From Setoptus koraiensis (lineage: Eukaryota > Animalia > Arthropoda): a stretch of 64,000 bases of DNA. Each line of letters begins with the position of its first letter. The first letter of the stretch is position 1. The notes under the pieces are model-generated. The model had not been told where the DNA came from. It worked only from the letters and a program-made list of their open reading frames with translations, and searched no databases. The position numbers and the translations under genes were made by a program. Location of the stretch: contig CM106585.1 in assembly GCA_048013815.1 (NCBI GenBank), positions 7,626,001 to 7,690,000 on the forward strand, in the 5' to 3' direction. Below, piece by piece: positions 13,018 to 25,930 of the stretch.

Positions 13018-14290
13018 ATGACAGAGGAAAGCCTAGGGGGCGCCACCAGCCATTACAAAGTACCTAAGAGGGCGGTGTCAGCGTTGAGAGAGGCAGTTAA
13101 CTACAACGACACTCAACTACAACCTGTTGCCGTGCCTACAGCCACTGGCCAACAGCAGCAGCAGCAGCAACAACAACAACAACAACGACAGGACAACAAC
13201 AAGTACAAGTCAAGAAAAAGAATTCAAAGTCAAAGTCACAAAGTTAAGGCGCCGCCCGGTGGCCAGATCATGGCAACTAATGGAACTGTTGTTGCCCGTT
13301 CCAACTCGACTACAACCACAACAACGGCAACAACATCACCGGCAACAACAACTGCAACTGCAACTGCAACTGCAACAACACAAACAACAACAATGGTAAC
13401 TGGTGCAAATCAAGCTGGTTGTGCTGCCGCCGCTGTTGTTGTTGTTGGGTGCTCTAAATTAGTCAAGACAAAGGAGCCGCAATTGTGTCGTGAGTTGCAA
13501 CAGCAGCGATCCAATCAAACCACTAATCACTCATTAGCCATTGCAGCCAGACTAGGTGGTGGCGCCGAAATTGCAATCAACCAACAATCAAGGCCTATTA
13601 ATGACGACGACCAATTACAAAAAGACGAAGACGAAGAAGAACACAAATTGATTTTAATAGACTCGTCAGACAGCGATGAAACGAGAACAACAGCAACAAC
13701 AACAGCAACTTACTGCCAGTTACAGTTGAGCAAGTTGCGTCATCCCAATCAGCGCAATCAGCACAATCAGCATCTCAATCAGGCGCATCTTAATGAGCGC
13801 CTACCAACAACAACAGCAACAACAACGACAACCGATAGCCATCATTTGATGCACACAACAACTACAGACAACAATCGCAAGCAAGCGACCATGTTCACCA
13901 GTAGACAGCCGCTGATGATAATTAACAGCAACAGCAACAACAACAACAACAATAAAATGGATTATTCAACAGTGTCTACCAACAGCGACGATACCGACAC
14001 GCACACATTGATGAGCGCAGCCAATAATAGCAACAGGTTGAATGTTGATTTCGACGACGCGTTCGACTTGGATCTCAGCGAGCAGAACATGCGAAAGTCC
14101 TGCAAGAAACTCATGCAAGATCTCTATGCAAATCAGCAACAGCCACCTGTCAAAAGTAATAACACTAATCACGCCAACCGCCACTGCCAAGACACAAAAA
14201 TAAATAATAATAATAATAAAATGATGGCGAAATCAATCAAGCTTCACCACGGCCAGTCCGACATGAGCTATGCGACGCAGCAGCAGCAGC

Positions 14291-14361
<71 letters not shown>

Positions 14362-17300
14362 GTGCAGTCTAGTCAACAATTAGAGTCAGCAAACAGCAAT
14401 CAACAGCCAGCAAAGTGTCGCCGCGGCAATAGTCACAGCAGCAGCAACAACGGCAACAACAACAACAACTCATCAGATGCAGCAGAACAGAAGATGCTAA
14501 TGAACAAGACAACAGCGCCAATCAACAGGATTGGCAGCAACAAGAATAGTCAACAGTTTGATATTAACGATTGCGTAACAATAGCGCACAATCACGAGAT
14601 TACCAAGAGAAAATTCTTTGAGAAATTGGCCGCCAGAGAGCGTGCCTTGGAGGGCAATCAGAATGGTTGCTATTTTGATAATGGGGACAGCAGCGGCAGC
14701 AGCAGTGTTGACAATGATGAGCACATAACAGCAGTGGCAAAGGACGACAAGTCAAAAAGGTCGCAACGGCAAGAAATAAACAACAGTCGTCATAACAACG
14801 CTGCCGATTATGCAAGCCATCAATGTCAACTGACAACCGTCGAGCTACCAGCAACAACAGCGACAACAACAGCGACAACAACAGCGACAACAACAGCAAC
14901 AACTATCAACGACGACACGGAGCAATGTCGCAGCATTGAGGCCGCCGACGAGTGCGAAAAAGAGCTCCTTATCAGAGCGTATCAGTCAATTCTGTTGAGA
15001 AGGGGCCTACAAACAACAAGCAACACGGTCAATCATCACAACAAGACTAGTGGTCACATGCATATGCAACGAGTGCACGTGAATTGCAGCTCACCTGTTG
15101 CTGGTGGCTGCATCATGGTGAGCGATCAAAAACAAACACCAATTGCGTCATCGAATCAAATTTTAACTACTAATCATGTAATAGCATCGTCATGTTTATT
15201 GTGTGCCGATAGTGATAGCCAGCCGTTAAAAAGCAAATTATGTAATCATCATCACAAGCGACAATTGTCGGCTTTTGTGGCCACTAGAGGTCGTGTTGTG
15301 GGCGCCAGTTCGTCCACTTCATTGTCGTCGTCGTCGGGTTCGTCGCTGTTCAGTAGCGAGGACAACGGAGCCGACGACACAAGCAGCGACAATCACATCA
15401 CTACCGGCAGCACGACAATAGCAACAAGTTGTCAACGATATGCTAATGATAATTGTTCGCGTGTTTGCATACAGTACAATCCAGTTGCAACTAATGCCAA
15501 TCACACTGCTAATTACAGCACACACATTATATCAGGCCAACGAGACGACAATGATGACGCAATAGCCAACAAAATAACAAGCAGCTCGGCAGTTGATTTG
15601 TCGCCCCTGGCGACGACAACAGTGAAAATAGAGCCACCACCATCAGACGGTTTCAACAATCAGTTTGATTGTGGCTCGCGTCGCAACTGCTCATCGGTGA
15701 CAGCGCCAACATCGGCAACAGCGACAACATCGGCGACAGCGACAACAGCAAACTTAATGACAACTTATCATCAGGTGGATATAAATAGCAGCATAGGTAA
15801 TAATAAATATGGCACAGATACATTAATACAGCAGCAGCAGCGGCGGCAATGCGCTGGCAACCCGATGACTGACAGCATGTCAGCTGACAGGCAGACCACC
15901 AAGCGAGATACTTACAATTTATCTTGGCTTCATCAGCACACTGATGAGGCCATTAAATCAAGTGGCTCGATGACCTCTAACGGAGCTAACAAACACTTGT
16001 TGCTGGCGGTGGCACCGTCAGCCATCAGCAGCGATCGTACGACAGATAATAAACAAGATGTTGATACAGTTTGTTGCAGTGAGAGAAATATAATTGATAC
16101 AACAACAACCAGCGATGATACAACAACAACAACCAGCGATGATACATCAACAACAACAACATCAACAGCACAACAACAACAGCAAGTTGCGCAACATTAT
16201 TTGCAGCATGACAGTGTGGACGATTGTTGCGAAATGAGCTCCATTATTTATACTTTCGCTAAGCCAATGCGTGTGCTTGACTGTGACACCGACTTGACAA
16301 GTGACGCCGATGCTGAATTAAACAATCACGCTGACAAGTGGCAACAGGCTGCAACACACCAACTAATGAGCGGTTGCTCGCTAATTAGTGGAGCCAACAA
16401 AACAAAAATAGAGCCACACGAAAACAAAGCAACAGACGACAGTGCATCGGCCAGATCAACTGAATCGACTCAATCAGCGAGATCAACTGAATCGACTGGA
16501 TCAGCGAGATCAACTGAATCAGCGAGATCAACTGGATCAAATCGATGGGCTCAATCAGATAGCCAGCAAGTGACAGCAGCAAGCGAGCAGCCAGTGGTAA
16601 TTGGAGTAAAGTCATCAACCAGTGACAATGGCAACAACCAACAACCACAACTGCACGCCGACAAACAACATGAGCTGATTGTGCTGGCTGACGACGATGA
16701 TCTAAATGATGGCCGCTGTTTCTATGCCAACGGCGACAGTGCAGCCAGAATAACTTCACATAATCACAATTATGATGACAAATCAAACGGACGACAACAA
16801 CAACATTTCGCTCGTCTATCGTGCTCGCCATCGATAGACGACAACAACAGCGCCTCTCGTTGCCACTCCAGTTACTACTACTCCAGTAGCGGCGACCGAC
16901 AACAACAGCAACAACAACACGAAAACAATTATATCAACTGTTGTGTGACAACAACAACAGAGACAAACAGCCAACAGCAGCCAAGCAATCGTAAGCATAA
17001 TTACAATTACAATAAATACAATAATAATCATAATTATAATTGCAACGACGACAATTGTTGTTTGCATCGTCATCGTCATCACTCGAGCATCGACAGTTTG
17101 AGTGACGAAATGCAACACGACGACCACTACACAGGTAGCGACAAGGAGCGTGCACTTGTTGCCGCCAGCAACCACCAGCAACAACAGCAACAACAGCAGC
17201 AACAACAGCAACAACAACAGCAGCACTCGATGATGACGCCGACAAAAAGCGCACCCAGTTGCAACAATTTGTCACCATCAGCAACAAACAACAAACAACA

Positions 17301-18450
17301 GAGCCAGTTAGACCTTGATTGGCGCAAGTCGGCAGCAGCGTTATGTCACAGCGCGCAACAGGTTGCCAGTGTCACCAACGACAAGCTGCCATTTGATCGC
17401 GCAACCTTGATCGCGAAACATTTGTCATTTGAGCCGGCCGAGTTAGTTGTGCCAACAGTTGATGTGAGTTGTTTAAATCATCAACAAACAGCAACAGCTT
17501 GCCAGTGTGTCAGTGGCAACAACAAGCAAATCGACGGGTGTCACAAGCGTGACCACACATCACATAATATGATGGGATTGATGGATCGAGCCGATCAGCA
17601 ATCGTCGGCAATCGCGCCCGATGGCTGGCCAACAACAACAACAAAAGCGACAAAAGCGACAACAGCAACAACAGCAGCAACGACAGCGACAACAACGACA
17701 ATGGCAGCAAAATCGCCTAATTGTAACGAGCAGTCGATAACGCCCGACAGCCTGTTGTTGATCGACATTGGCGAGCAATCGCTAATGGAGGCCAATAATC
17801 GCAACACAACAATCAACAGTGTGACATCAGCAGCATCGTCCAGCAACGAAGATAACGGCGCCCATTGCATCATTACAAACAACGATGACATAGTGGCCAG
17901 TTCCACTAGCAGCAGCAGCAGTAGCAGTAGCAGCAGTAGCGGAACTAGCGGCTTGGGTGCAAGTGCCTGTGTCAGTATAAATTCGTCATCGTCGTCTCAT
18001 GCCGAAAGTAGCGAAGATTCGTGCAATGAACACGACACGCACCAACAACAACAACAAACAAAATTGCCAACAGCAACAACAACAACAACAACAGCAACAG
18101 CGACAACAACAACGGCAACAGCAACAAGCTGCAACAACGACAACGACGCAACACAAACAAACAGACACAAATATAATGTTACAGATGACAATGACGTAAT
18201 ATGCGCGACAGGTGATTATCGCGAGCAACAGCAGTCACTTTCAGTGAGCGGTGGCGTTGCATTGAAAGTGCCTGTGAGTGTGTCGAAAAATGACAACAAG
18301 CTGGCTCCGCTTGAGCCCGATCAGATATATCCAAATGCCAATGCAAACACCAACGCCAAGACAGCCAATAAAAGCCAAGTTGCGTCTGATCAAACACGAT
18401 TGAGTGCAGACGATGATGCGCTTACTCATCATCAGCAACAGCAACAACAA

Positions 18451-18481
<31 letters not shown>

Positions 18482-21400
18482 GACAACAACAACAAAAACA
18501 ACGAGCCGCAACGCAACAGGTGTATGCGACTGTTGACAGACAGAAAACGGCGAGCAGAAACGTAATAACAGAACAGCAGCAGCAGCAGCGCCAGCAACGG
18601 ACAATGCAATTGCCTAGACTGGTTGTGTCGAAGGAGCCCTTAATTAGCGACTTGGACACGGCCGACAATCCCAGCGCCAAGTGCAACTCAATTATATACA
18701 AGAAATATCAGAGCGATATGGCGCTCTTCAGCTCAACAACAACGTCGGCCGACAACAGCAACAACAAGAACAACACAAACAACGACAACGCCGCCAGTAG
18801 CAAGGCTTCGAATTGTGCCAACAAGAGAGATCACCATTCGAGCAGCCATAATTTGCAGTCAGCTCATAATCATAGGTCATTGTTGAAGAAGTTTGGAAAA
18901 TTAGTTTCGCGCGCATTTGCCGTGTCCACAAGCGACAACAACAACAGCCACCATGTTGAGCAACATGACACCACCAATGGTCAAGCACGACAACAACAGC
19001 AACAGCAACAACAGGATAATCGTAATAACGAGCTCGGCCAAGATCATCCGCAGCACCCGCAACAGCAGCAGCAGCAGCAAATGCTGGCCGCCAACGGCCA
19101 TGAAACAAGCACCAAGCAGCTTAACAGTCAGTCCTCACCTGTTTTGAGAAAGAATTGCGTGGCTAGAAAATCGTTCATGTCTCGTTTTATGTTGCATCAT
19201 AATAGTAATAGTAATATTCGGCCATCGTTGCATAAAAGGAACTCGCTGACGCGTCACAAGAGCATCAAGTTGAGCAAACAGCAATTGTCAAATAGACCCT
19301 CGCTCACGTCGTCAGTGTCACAAACAACTGATACGGAGCAACAGCAACAACAACAAGCAAACGATAGCGGCCAATTGAGTGCCAGTCACAGAGCGTCGCG
19401 TGTAATGGTGCTGACAAGTGCAAGTCGTAAGGGTGCCAGCAGAAGGGGCTCGCACGCAGACAAAAGGCATCGCAAGTCGTCGAGACGGGCCTCTTTGGAG
19501 GCCAGTTGTGGCCAGCATGCGAGAAGGGGCTCCTCGGCCAGGAAAAACAAACACAACATTAACGATAATGATGCCAGCGGTGATAGTAGTGATGGCAATG
19601 CCAGTGACAGTAGTGGCAGCAGTGATAGTAGCGACAATGGTTTCAACAACAACACTAAACAACAACAACACAAAAAACAACAAAATTTAGATCTCATTAT
19701 ATTGCCGCCTCAAGACGGAGCCGGCGTTTTAGTCAACAGTCATAATGATAGATTGCGAGCGTCACATCATCATCACAAACAACAGCAACAACAACAACAC
19801 ACCACAAACAACCGACACACCAAAGTGCAATACAAAGAGCTGTCCAATCATCATAGTCATCATCATCATCATCACAACAATAGATCTCAGCATGATAACA
19901 ATAATCAATTAGGCCACACAAAGGTGACGCAACAGCGAGTAGCGGTCGAGGGTTGCAATTTAAATGATTTGGCCATAGTGACCAGTGTGCCGGCAGCACC
20001 AGCAACGGCCACCAACAAACAATCGCCAACAAACAATAATAATTCGCATTCGTCTACCTTTTTGCATAATGTCAAACAAAGAATGAGTTTCCGACGCCTC
20101 AAATCATCTCAATCGTCTGGCGACAATTGCAACAGTTGCCAATGCAAAAACAAGAGAGCAACAACTTTGGATGCAAGACAACAGCGTTGTTGTGCCAGCA
20201 ACAACAACAACAACAGCAAACAACAACAATACGATGCCGGTGACAATAATCTGGCTAATAATAACAAGGCGAATTGCGTTGTTTTGGACGACAAAGATCT
20301 CAGAGTGATCGTCACTAATAACCACAAGCCACATGCCTACGGTAACAGTAGCGCCAGGCGGGCCAACACACTGTCTGCCACCAAGATCACAAATGAAAAA
20401 TTGAAAGCGTAAGTACGCCAGGTGACCCAGTTGTGGGCAACATTGAATTTACTTTCCACTGCCACAACACCGTTCTAACTTCTTCTCCTTTCTCTGGCAT
20501 CGATATTAACTGATATCAACTGATATTGACTGATGTTGACTGATATTGATATCAACTGATGTTGACTGTGCTGTGTACGCATGTATGGTTATGTAATGTC
20601 TATGTTGGTTGTTGGTTGCATGTAAGCAGTCAGAGCTTGGGCAAAAAGAATGGATCTCGTCAATTGGAACAGTTGGTCAGTCTGACAAACGATCCGACAA
20701 GTTATCATGAACGAAAATCGAGCAGCCTGAGTTATAACAACGTTGCAAACAACAGCAACACCAGCACCAGCAGCCACAAATCTTTGCTTTCTCATGTCAA
20801 GGCACTCACTAGAAGCAACACAAATTTGGCCACAAACGTATTACAAAGCGTAACAGGTTCACCTAATAAAGGGCAAGATTATCATCATCATCATCATCAT
20901 ATTGTTGATTTAATTCTTGTAAACAACAGCAACAACAACAACAAAGATGGAAACAATAACAACAACCATAATAAAAACAATCAAGCCCAACAATCAAACG
21001 TGTGGGGCAGGCTAGTTAAAATGAACAAATCAGAGGGCACTAGCACCGTAGAGTTGTGTCGCACCTCTGGAACACCTTGGGGCTTTTTCGTTGCCATTGG
21101 TACTTCCAACAACGTCAAAGGTAAGCCAATATCCACCACTGTTGTGTTGCCCTGCCAACATTAACTGTTTCGAGCTGGTCAACAATTGGCCGACCACACA
21201 CTTTGGCCATTGTTTGTCTCTTGATTGTGCTTGTTTGCAATGACTGCATCTCTCTTGCTCTGCCATTGACATATCACCAAATATTACACTGTCCTATGCG
21301 ATATCAGTCTCATATTAAGCGACCATGTGATGCTGTGTGATAGCCCATGGCTAACAACTGAAACTAGTGCAATGTCTCATCGCATGTCAACCAAACGACC

Positions 21401-22678
21401 TCTATACTTAAAAGTTGCAACGACACTTGACCAGTTGGGCCAGTTATACAGGTAAATGGCAGCTATGATAATGCACACTTGTTGCACTTGTTGCTCTTGC
21501 TGCTCTTGTTAGCACAATGTGCGTGCCGCTCGAAATCACAGTTACTATACACCGACCTCCACATCACCTACAAACACAGCAACACAGATTCGCTTGACCA
21601 GTCCTCACTCAATCCACTGACTGGTCAATCCATTTGACTGGCGCAAGTGACGTTCGTGACCACCCACATGACATATTATATCGCTCTGGCTCTCTTTTGC
21701 ATTGACAGCAATGGCGTGCATGCCGCCACCAGTATCACTTTCAATTGGCTCACATCGGCCTAAAATAACAATGACAGCGCCAGCAAACTAACAACTGACC
21801 AAACGAGAGAGTAATCACTCTTACTTAGCGATATCTGACAACAGTGCAGATAGTTGCAGCCACGATCAAGGTGTATTGTTGCTGCTTGTTTCAGGCTTTT
21901 TTCTTCTGTCAACCATGAAACAACTGCCACTTACACTTGCTACAATCGCAAGAAATGGCCGCTTGATACGATGATGCTCCAGTTGACTCGACACAGATAA
22001 ACACAGGGGGAGAGAGAGAGAGCTGGCAATTTTGTCAACTACCGAGCCAACTATCGATTTCAAGGTTGTTTGTGTGAGCTGTTCCATCGGTCTATATTAC
22101 CTATTCCTTTTCGAGAGACAATATCGACCACACACACAAATAGACATCATCATTATCATCATTAAGTGAAAGATTTGCGAACAAGTGTGCGATGATTATC
22201 TACCATTGCCCTACATGGACACCCCCTCTAAATGACCAATCCTAAACAGACTGTTTTGCCATACACTCGAACGAGATAATCGTTTCTCTGTCATGAATGA
22301 CTTCAATGGTCCGAAGATCAAGTCCACCGACCCCCATTCATAGTGACCAATATAGAGACCAATAACACAGACACAATTCACTTGAGAATTATAACTGACT
22401 TATTTATTTATATATATTATCTGCTTTTCTTTATTATCCCCCTGCTCCAATCCACCACAAATTTCAACTTATACACAGGAGTCTATGTATCGAGAATGTA
22501 CGATGGTCCAGCTACGGAGTCACTGTCCGGACTTATATTTCCTGGTGATCGTATAATAGCAATTAACGACAAATCAATAGAGCACCAACCAGATTATCCC
22601 ATATCTGAAGTGAACAGACAGATAGGGAAGAGCGATAAAATATTGCTTAAATTAAAACTTTACAACATAGATCAATAA
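13018..22678 (+). CDS. Giant low-complexity (Q/T/N/S/H-rich) protein with one C-terminal PDZ domain, KIAA1614-like; 3 exons, ~2693 aa
   Basis: Exons 13018-20408, 20630-21120 and 22479-22678 total 8082 nt (2694 codons). Donors are GC|GTAAGT (20409, phase 2) and AAG|GTAAGC (21121, phase 1). Acceptors CAG|T (20630) and CAG|GA (22479) restore frame. Joining exons 2 and 3 gives VELCRTSGTPWGFFVAIGTSNNVKG-VYVSRMYDGPATESLSGLIFPGDRIIAIND, a PDZ fold (GF loop, GDxI). The 7.4-kb open first exon argues for real coding. First ATG is at 13018; the ORF track starts at TTG 12979. The KIAA1614 resemblance is from memory only. Confidence 0.8.
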
Positions 22679-22759
22679 ACATGATGTTACACAACATCAT
22701 CACTATTATTATTCCCCTGTTCTGATTACTTGTGTCATATACCGTATGTGTTATCTCAA
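22016..22759 (+). repeat. Direct repeat A (end of intron 2, PDZ last exon, short 3' flank); partner at 25931-26669
   Basis: Same sequence at a constant offset of 3915. ORFs 22343-22678 and 26258-26593 are identical. The left edge falls in a (GA)n tract. Confidence 0.95.
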
Positions 22760-25700
22760 TATCATGTTCCGAGTCTCTTCTCAACGTATGCTACACGATG
22801 TAGCCTACAACCAACTAATAATCGTCAGATAGCTGTTACTATTAAAGGGATTTTGAGAAGGCGTACAAAACAATTATCATAATAATTAATCTGTTCAGTA
22901 GCGATAGGTCTAATACGAAGTAATAAGCAAGCTAATATATTCAACTAACTGACTAGACATAAGTGACTCGATAATTCTTCTCTACTTTCCTAGCTCAAGT
23001 ACTACGCTATCAGTAGAAAGTGTTAGCAATAGCGCTTGCGATTACTGATAGCAATCTTCAAATTTGCTATCTCGATTAAGTCAGCTACATCAAGTTTCCG
23101 GTTCAAATTATCCTACAAATAACCCACATAATCAATTAGTAATGGTAACAGATAATATCGCGATACTATGGCATTGTAATGACAACTGACCATCAATAAA
23201 ATCCAAACTGCACTCTTTTGATGAAGTATTAAATATTTGTTAAAAAATGTTTTGTTTTTTACTATTGTAATTAAAAATCGCTTGTAGCTAGAAATGAATA
23301 TATATTTATATACAATGATACATAAGTAAATATAAGACTCAGATTGTCTGTGGTGAAGCTTGTCCATGTGTGGGCTCCAGTGATGAGTCGGTTGACAAGG
23401 TTGTTCAAGAAAATATTACCTAGAGGTGATTTGAATGTTATTTACAAGTGCTATTTCCATTACTGACGATTGCATCACTAGTTTTTAGCACGGTACGGAC
23501 ATTTAAAATGTTTGACATATAAGTGAGACTCTTTAGGCAAGTCTGCAGATTTCAATTTTATGAATGTCACAATTTGCGGCTCAATTTTAATCACAATACG
23601 TTCATCGCTTATTCTTGACACCTCCCTGACAATCGTCCAGGGGCCGTTTTCTTTGTCGTTTGATATACTCACAGTGTAGGATGATAAACCAAGATGACAG
23701 TTAGATTGGTTGAGGAAGAAAGCGAACGAATCAATTCTAAATGGCTGAGCAAATTGAAATGTTATTTCGCCTGGGTCACTCCAAAAAGTGCTACCACGCG
23801 CAAAATCAGTTCTGCAATAGAGGTTAGGATTGTTATTTTCGCTAGCGGGACTTGCAGGGCTTACGTTGCAAATATTGGAGGATACTGACGGCGATGAAGT
23901 CTGCTGTGGTGGTGATGAAGATGATGATGAAGATGATGATGAAGATGAACTGCTTGTAGACGCTGCCCTTGCACGACTAAAACTTTCAGGACGAGGACCC
24001 TTGGGACGAGGACTTTCAGGACGAAGACGGAAGTGACGTTTCCAGTAAAGGGGTCTATGGATTCTAAGGTTATGTATAGTAGGCGAAAGGTCGCCGATAA
24101 TGGATGACTTAGGGCATATTATTCCGTCCAGCTCGTCCGCATTAGCACATTTTTTGCTTGTAAGTGTATACACTTCGGCATCAATTGTGTTGTACATACA
24201 CTCAAAATAAACTAACAGTAGCAACATCTCAGAATCTGTTTGGCAATGGTCTAGACATCTAGTACCTGTAATCCGGACATACTTGACGACACGTTTTTCG
24301 AAAAATAAGTGCTGCCAGGACCTGCACCAGTAGTTTGAGTAATCAATTATTTTAGTCCAATTCTTAGAGTCCGTTGATACCTCTATAATGTAGGAGAATG
24401 AGTGTCGATTGTCGTCCAATAAAAGCATCCTTATATTGTTTACAATGAAAGGACGTCCGAAAGCAACTTGAATACATTCCCTCCTTGCTTGGCCTGGCTT
24501 TGCAATAGTATGATTTGTGCATGTTCTTGGAGTATAGTTTCGGTCGCTAGAATCAATCAAGTCTTGCTTATGTCGACCTTTTTGAGTTTCAGCATAGTAT
24601 TCCCAAGTTGCGATGTTGCGATTATGTATAAGATAACCTCTTATTGAGTCCTCCGTTGTGGCATTACCCTGAGAGAGTGTAGACAAAGTAGCTAAAGGTG
24701 TCCTTGCGTCATTCGATCCCGTGTTAGGTGACTTTATGCCGAGAATTTTTCTCTCACTTAAGCTAGTATTGATATTATTGGGGCTAGGAACATGTTGCTT
24801 CAGAGAAGATTGCCTCCGCTAATGAATTATTGAATAGGAAAAGAGTAATGATTCACGATAAGAATTAGTAAAAAAGTTACTAAATTTGAATTGGAATTTT
24901 ATTCTTTTGCTGATGTGCCATACTACTCACCTTGCCAATTTTAGTTGCCATTTGTGCCTTGTTGTAAGGTATTTTGTACTCGCAGAATATTGCTTTTATT
25001 TCTGATGATTTAAGTAGTGATAGCCGCACGGATGCGAGTAAATCTTCAAGAAGTTGTGCTCTGACAACTGGAGATCCAGTGGCCCTCTTACTGTAATAAC
25101 TGCATATGGCCCTGAGAATTATAGGCTCGGGGGCATAAAAAGAGTTACGCTTAACCATTGTTTTTATCTCATCTACATCTAGGTCTAAAAATTCCTCGTG
25201 TTTAAGGATACTCTCAGCGTTTTTATCAAAATAGCGCTCGCACGAGATTAATAATTGATTGAGATCATACATTTTAGCCGCCCTGTAGATGGACCAAATA
25301 TTCTCTTGATCTATGTGTAGCCTAAGGTATTGTGATATATCGCAGACTAGATTGTTGAAACAAAATGTTCTTGCAGTACCCAATAGATCGATAATATCAC
25401 CCGAAGATAGGTCATGAAGTGTCAATCTTCCAGAATAAACATATTTAAGTAATAATCTAAATGATTTCAAATCTGTATCAGGTAATTCAATTCTAGTTAG
25501 GTCTGATTCTCTCATGCCATTGTATAATAGTGCGTTGAAGTAGTCGCTCCTAACAGCTAATATGCCTCTATTAACTTTAACTTCTTGTCCTTCAATGATG
25601 AGGGTGAGATCACTCATGTGCGATTGTTCATAAAGGGATGAAATATCGCCATTGAACTCTTCTAAATGCTCTATCGTTTCCATTTCGTCAATATCTGTGA

Positions 25701-25848
25701 TGGAATAGTAGGTGTGATAATAGTCGTGGTATAATACTAATAATAATGGTTTAAGAAATTGTGTGGATATATAGAGTTTGGTTGTTGTGTTTTTCTTTGA
25801 GGTATCAATTATATTGTATTGGGTGATGTGATAGTAATAGTATATACT
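22759..25848 (-). repeat. ~3.1-kb inverted duplicate of 32028-35051 (whole BTBD9-like cassette with flanks)
   Basis: The reverse complement aligns by eye from the upstream intron (ctattatcacatcacc..gatacctcaaagaaaaacacaacaacc) to gagactcggaacatgatat. The right boundary is approximate because of low complexity. Confidence 0.93.
23478..25683 (-). CDS. BTBD9: BTBD9-like BTB-BACK plus two discoidin/F5-8-like domains, copy 2 (derived, inverted); 2 exons, ~697 aa
   Basis: Exon 1 is 25683-24931 with donor AAG|GTGAGT. The intron is 24930-24819 and ends TAG|CGG. Exon 2 is 24818-23478, phase 0. BTB motif SDLTLIIEG...ILAVRSDYFNALLYNGMRES. C-terminal motifs RGYLIHNRNIAT, SFSYIIEVSTD..NWTKIIDYSNYWCRSWQHLFF and HFKCP match BTBD9 (RGMLIP.ENIAT, CRSWQ, HFECP). 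Confidence 0.85.
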
Positions 25849-25930
25849 TAATGATAATGATATGTGTAGCCTAACGTAGCCAGTTTAGTTCAAAATTGAA
25901 AAGTTTTGCGACCACCCTTTATACAGTTGT

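Noticed and set aside
13966-20334. Many minus-strand and alternative-frame ORFs rich in V, L and C within the giant exon
   Set aside because: They are shadows of CAA/ACA/AAC repeats (antisense TTG/GTT/TGT), with no domains or splice support.
22343-22478. Apparent N-terminal TM segment of the 111-aa ORF (LFIYIYYLLFFIIPLL)
   Set aside because: It is AT-rich intron upstream of the true acceptor at 22478 and starts at GTG.
24819-24930. Possible split of BTBD9 into two separate genes (BTB ORF and discoidin ORF)
   Set aside because: A phase-0 GT-AG intron conserved in both copies joins the ORFs into full-length proteins.
25861-25874. 14-mer TATGTGTAGCCTAA near the right junction, repeated inside the BTB exon (25312), with TGTAGCCTA near the left junction (22799)
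   Set aside because: It could be a templated-insertion scar, but the matches are short, AT-biased and not exactly at the breakpoints, so they are not supportable without statistics.
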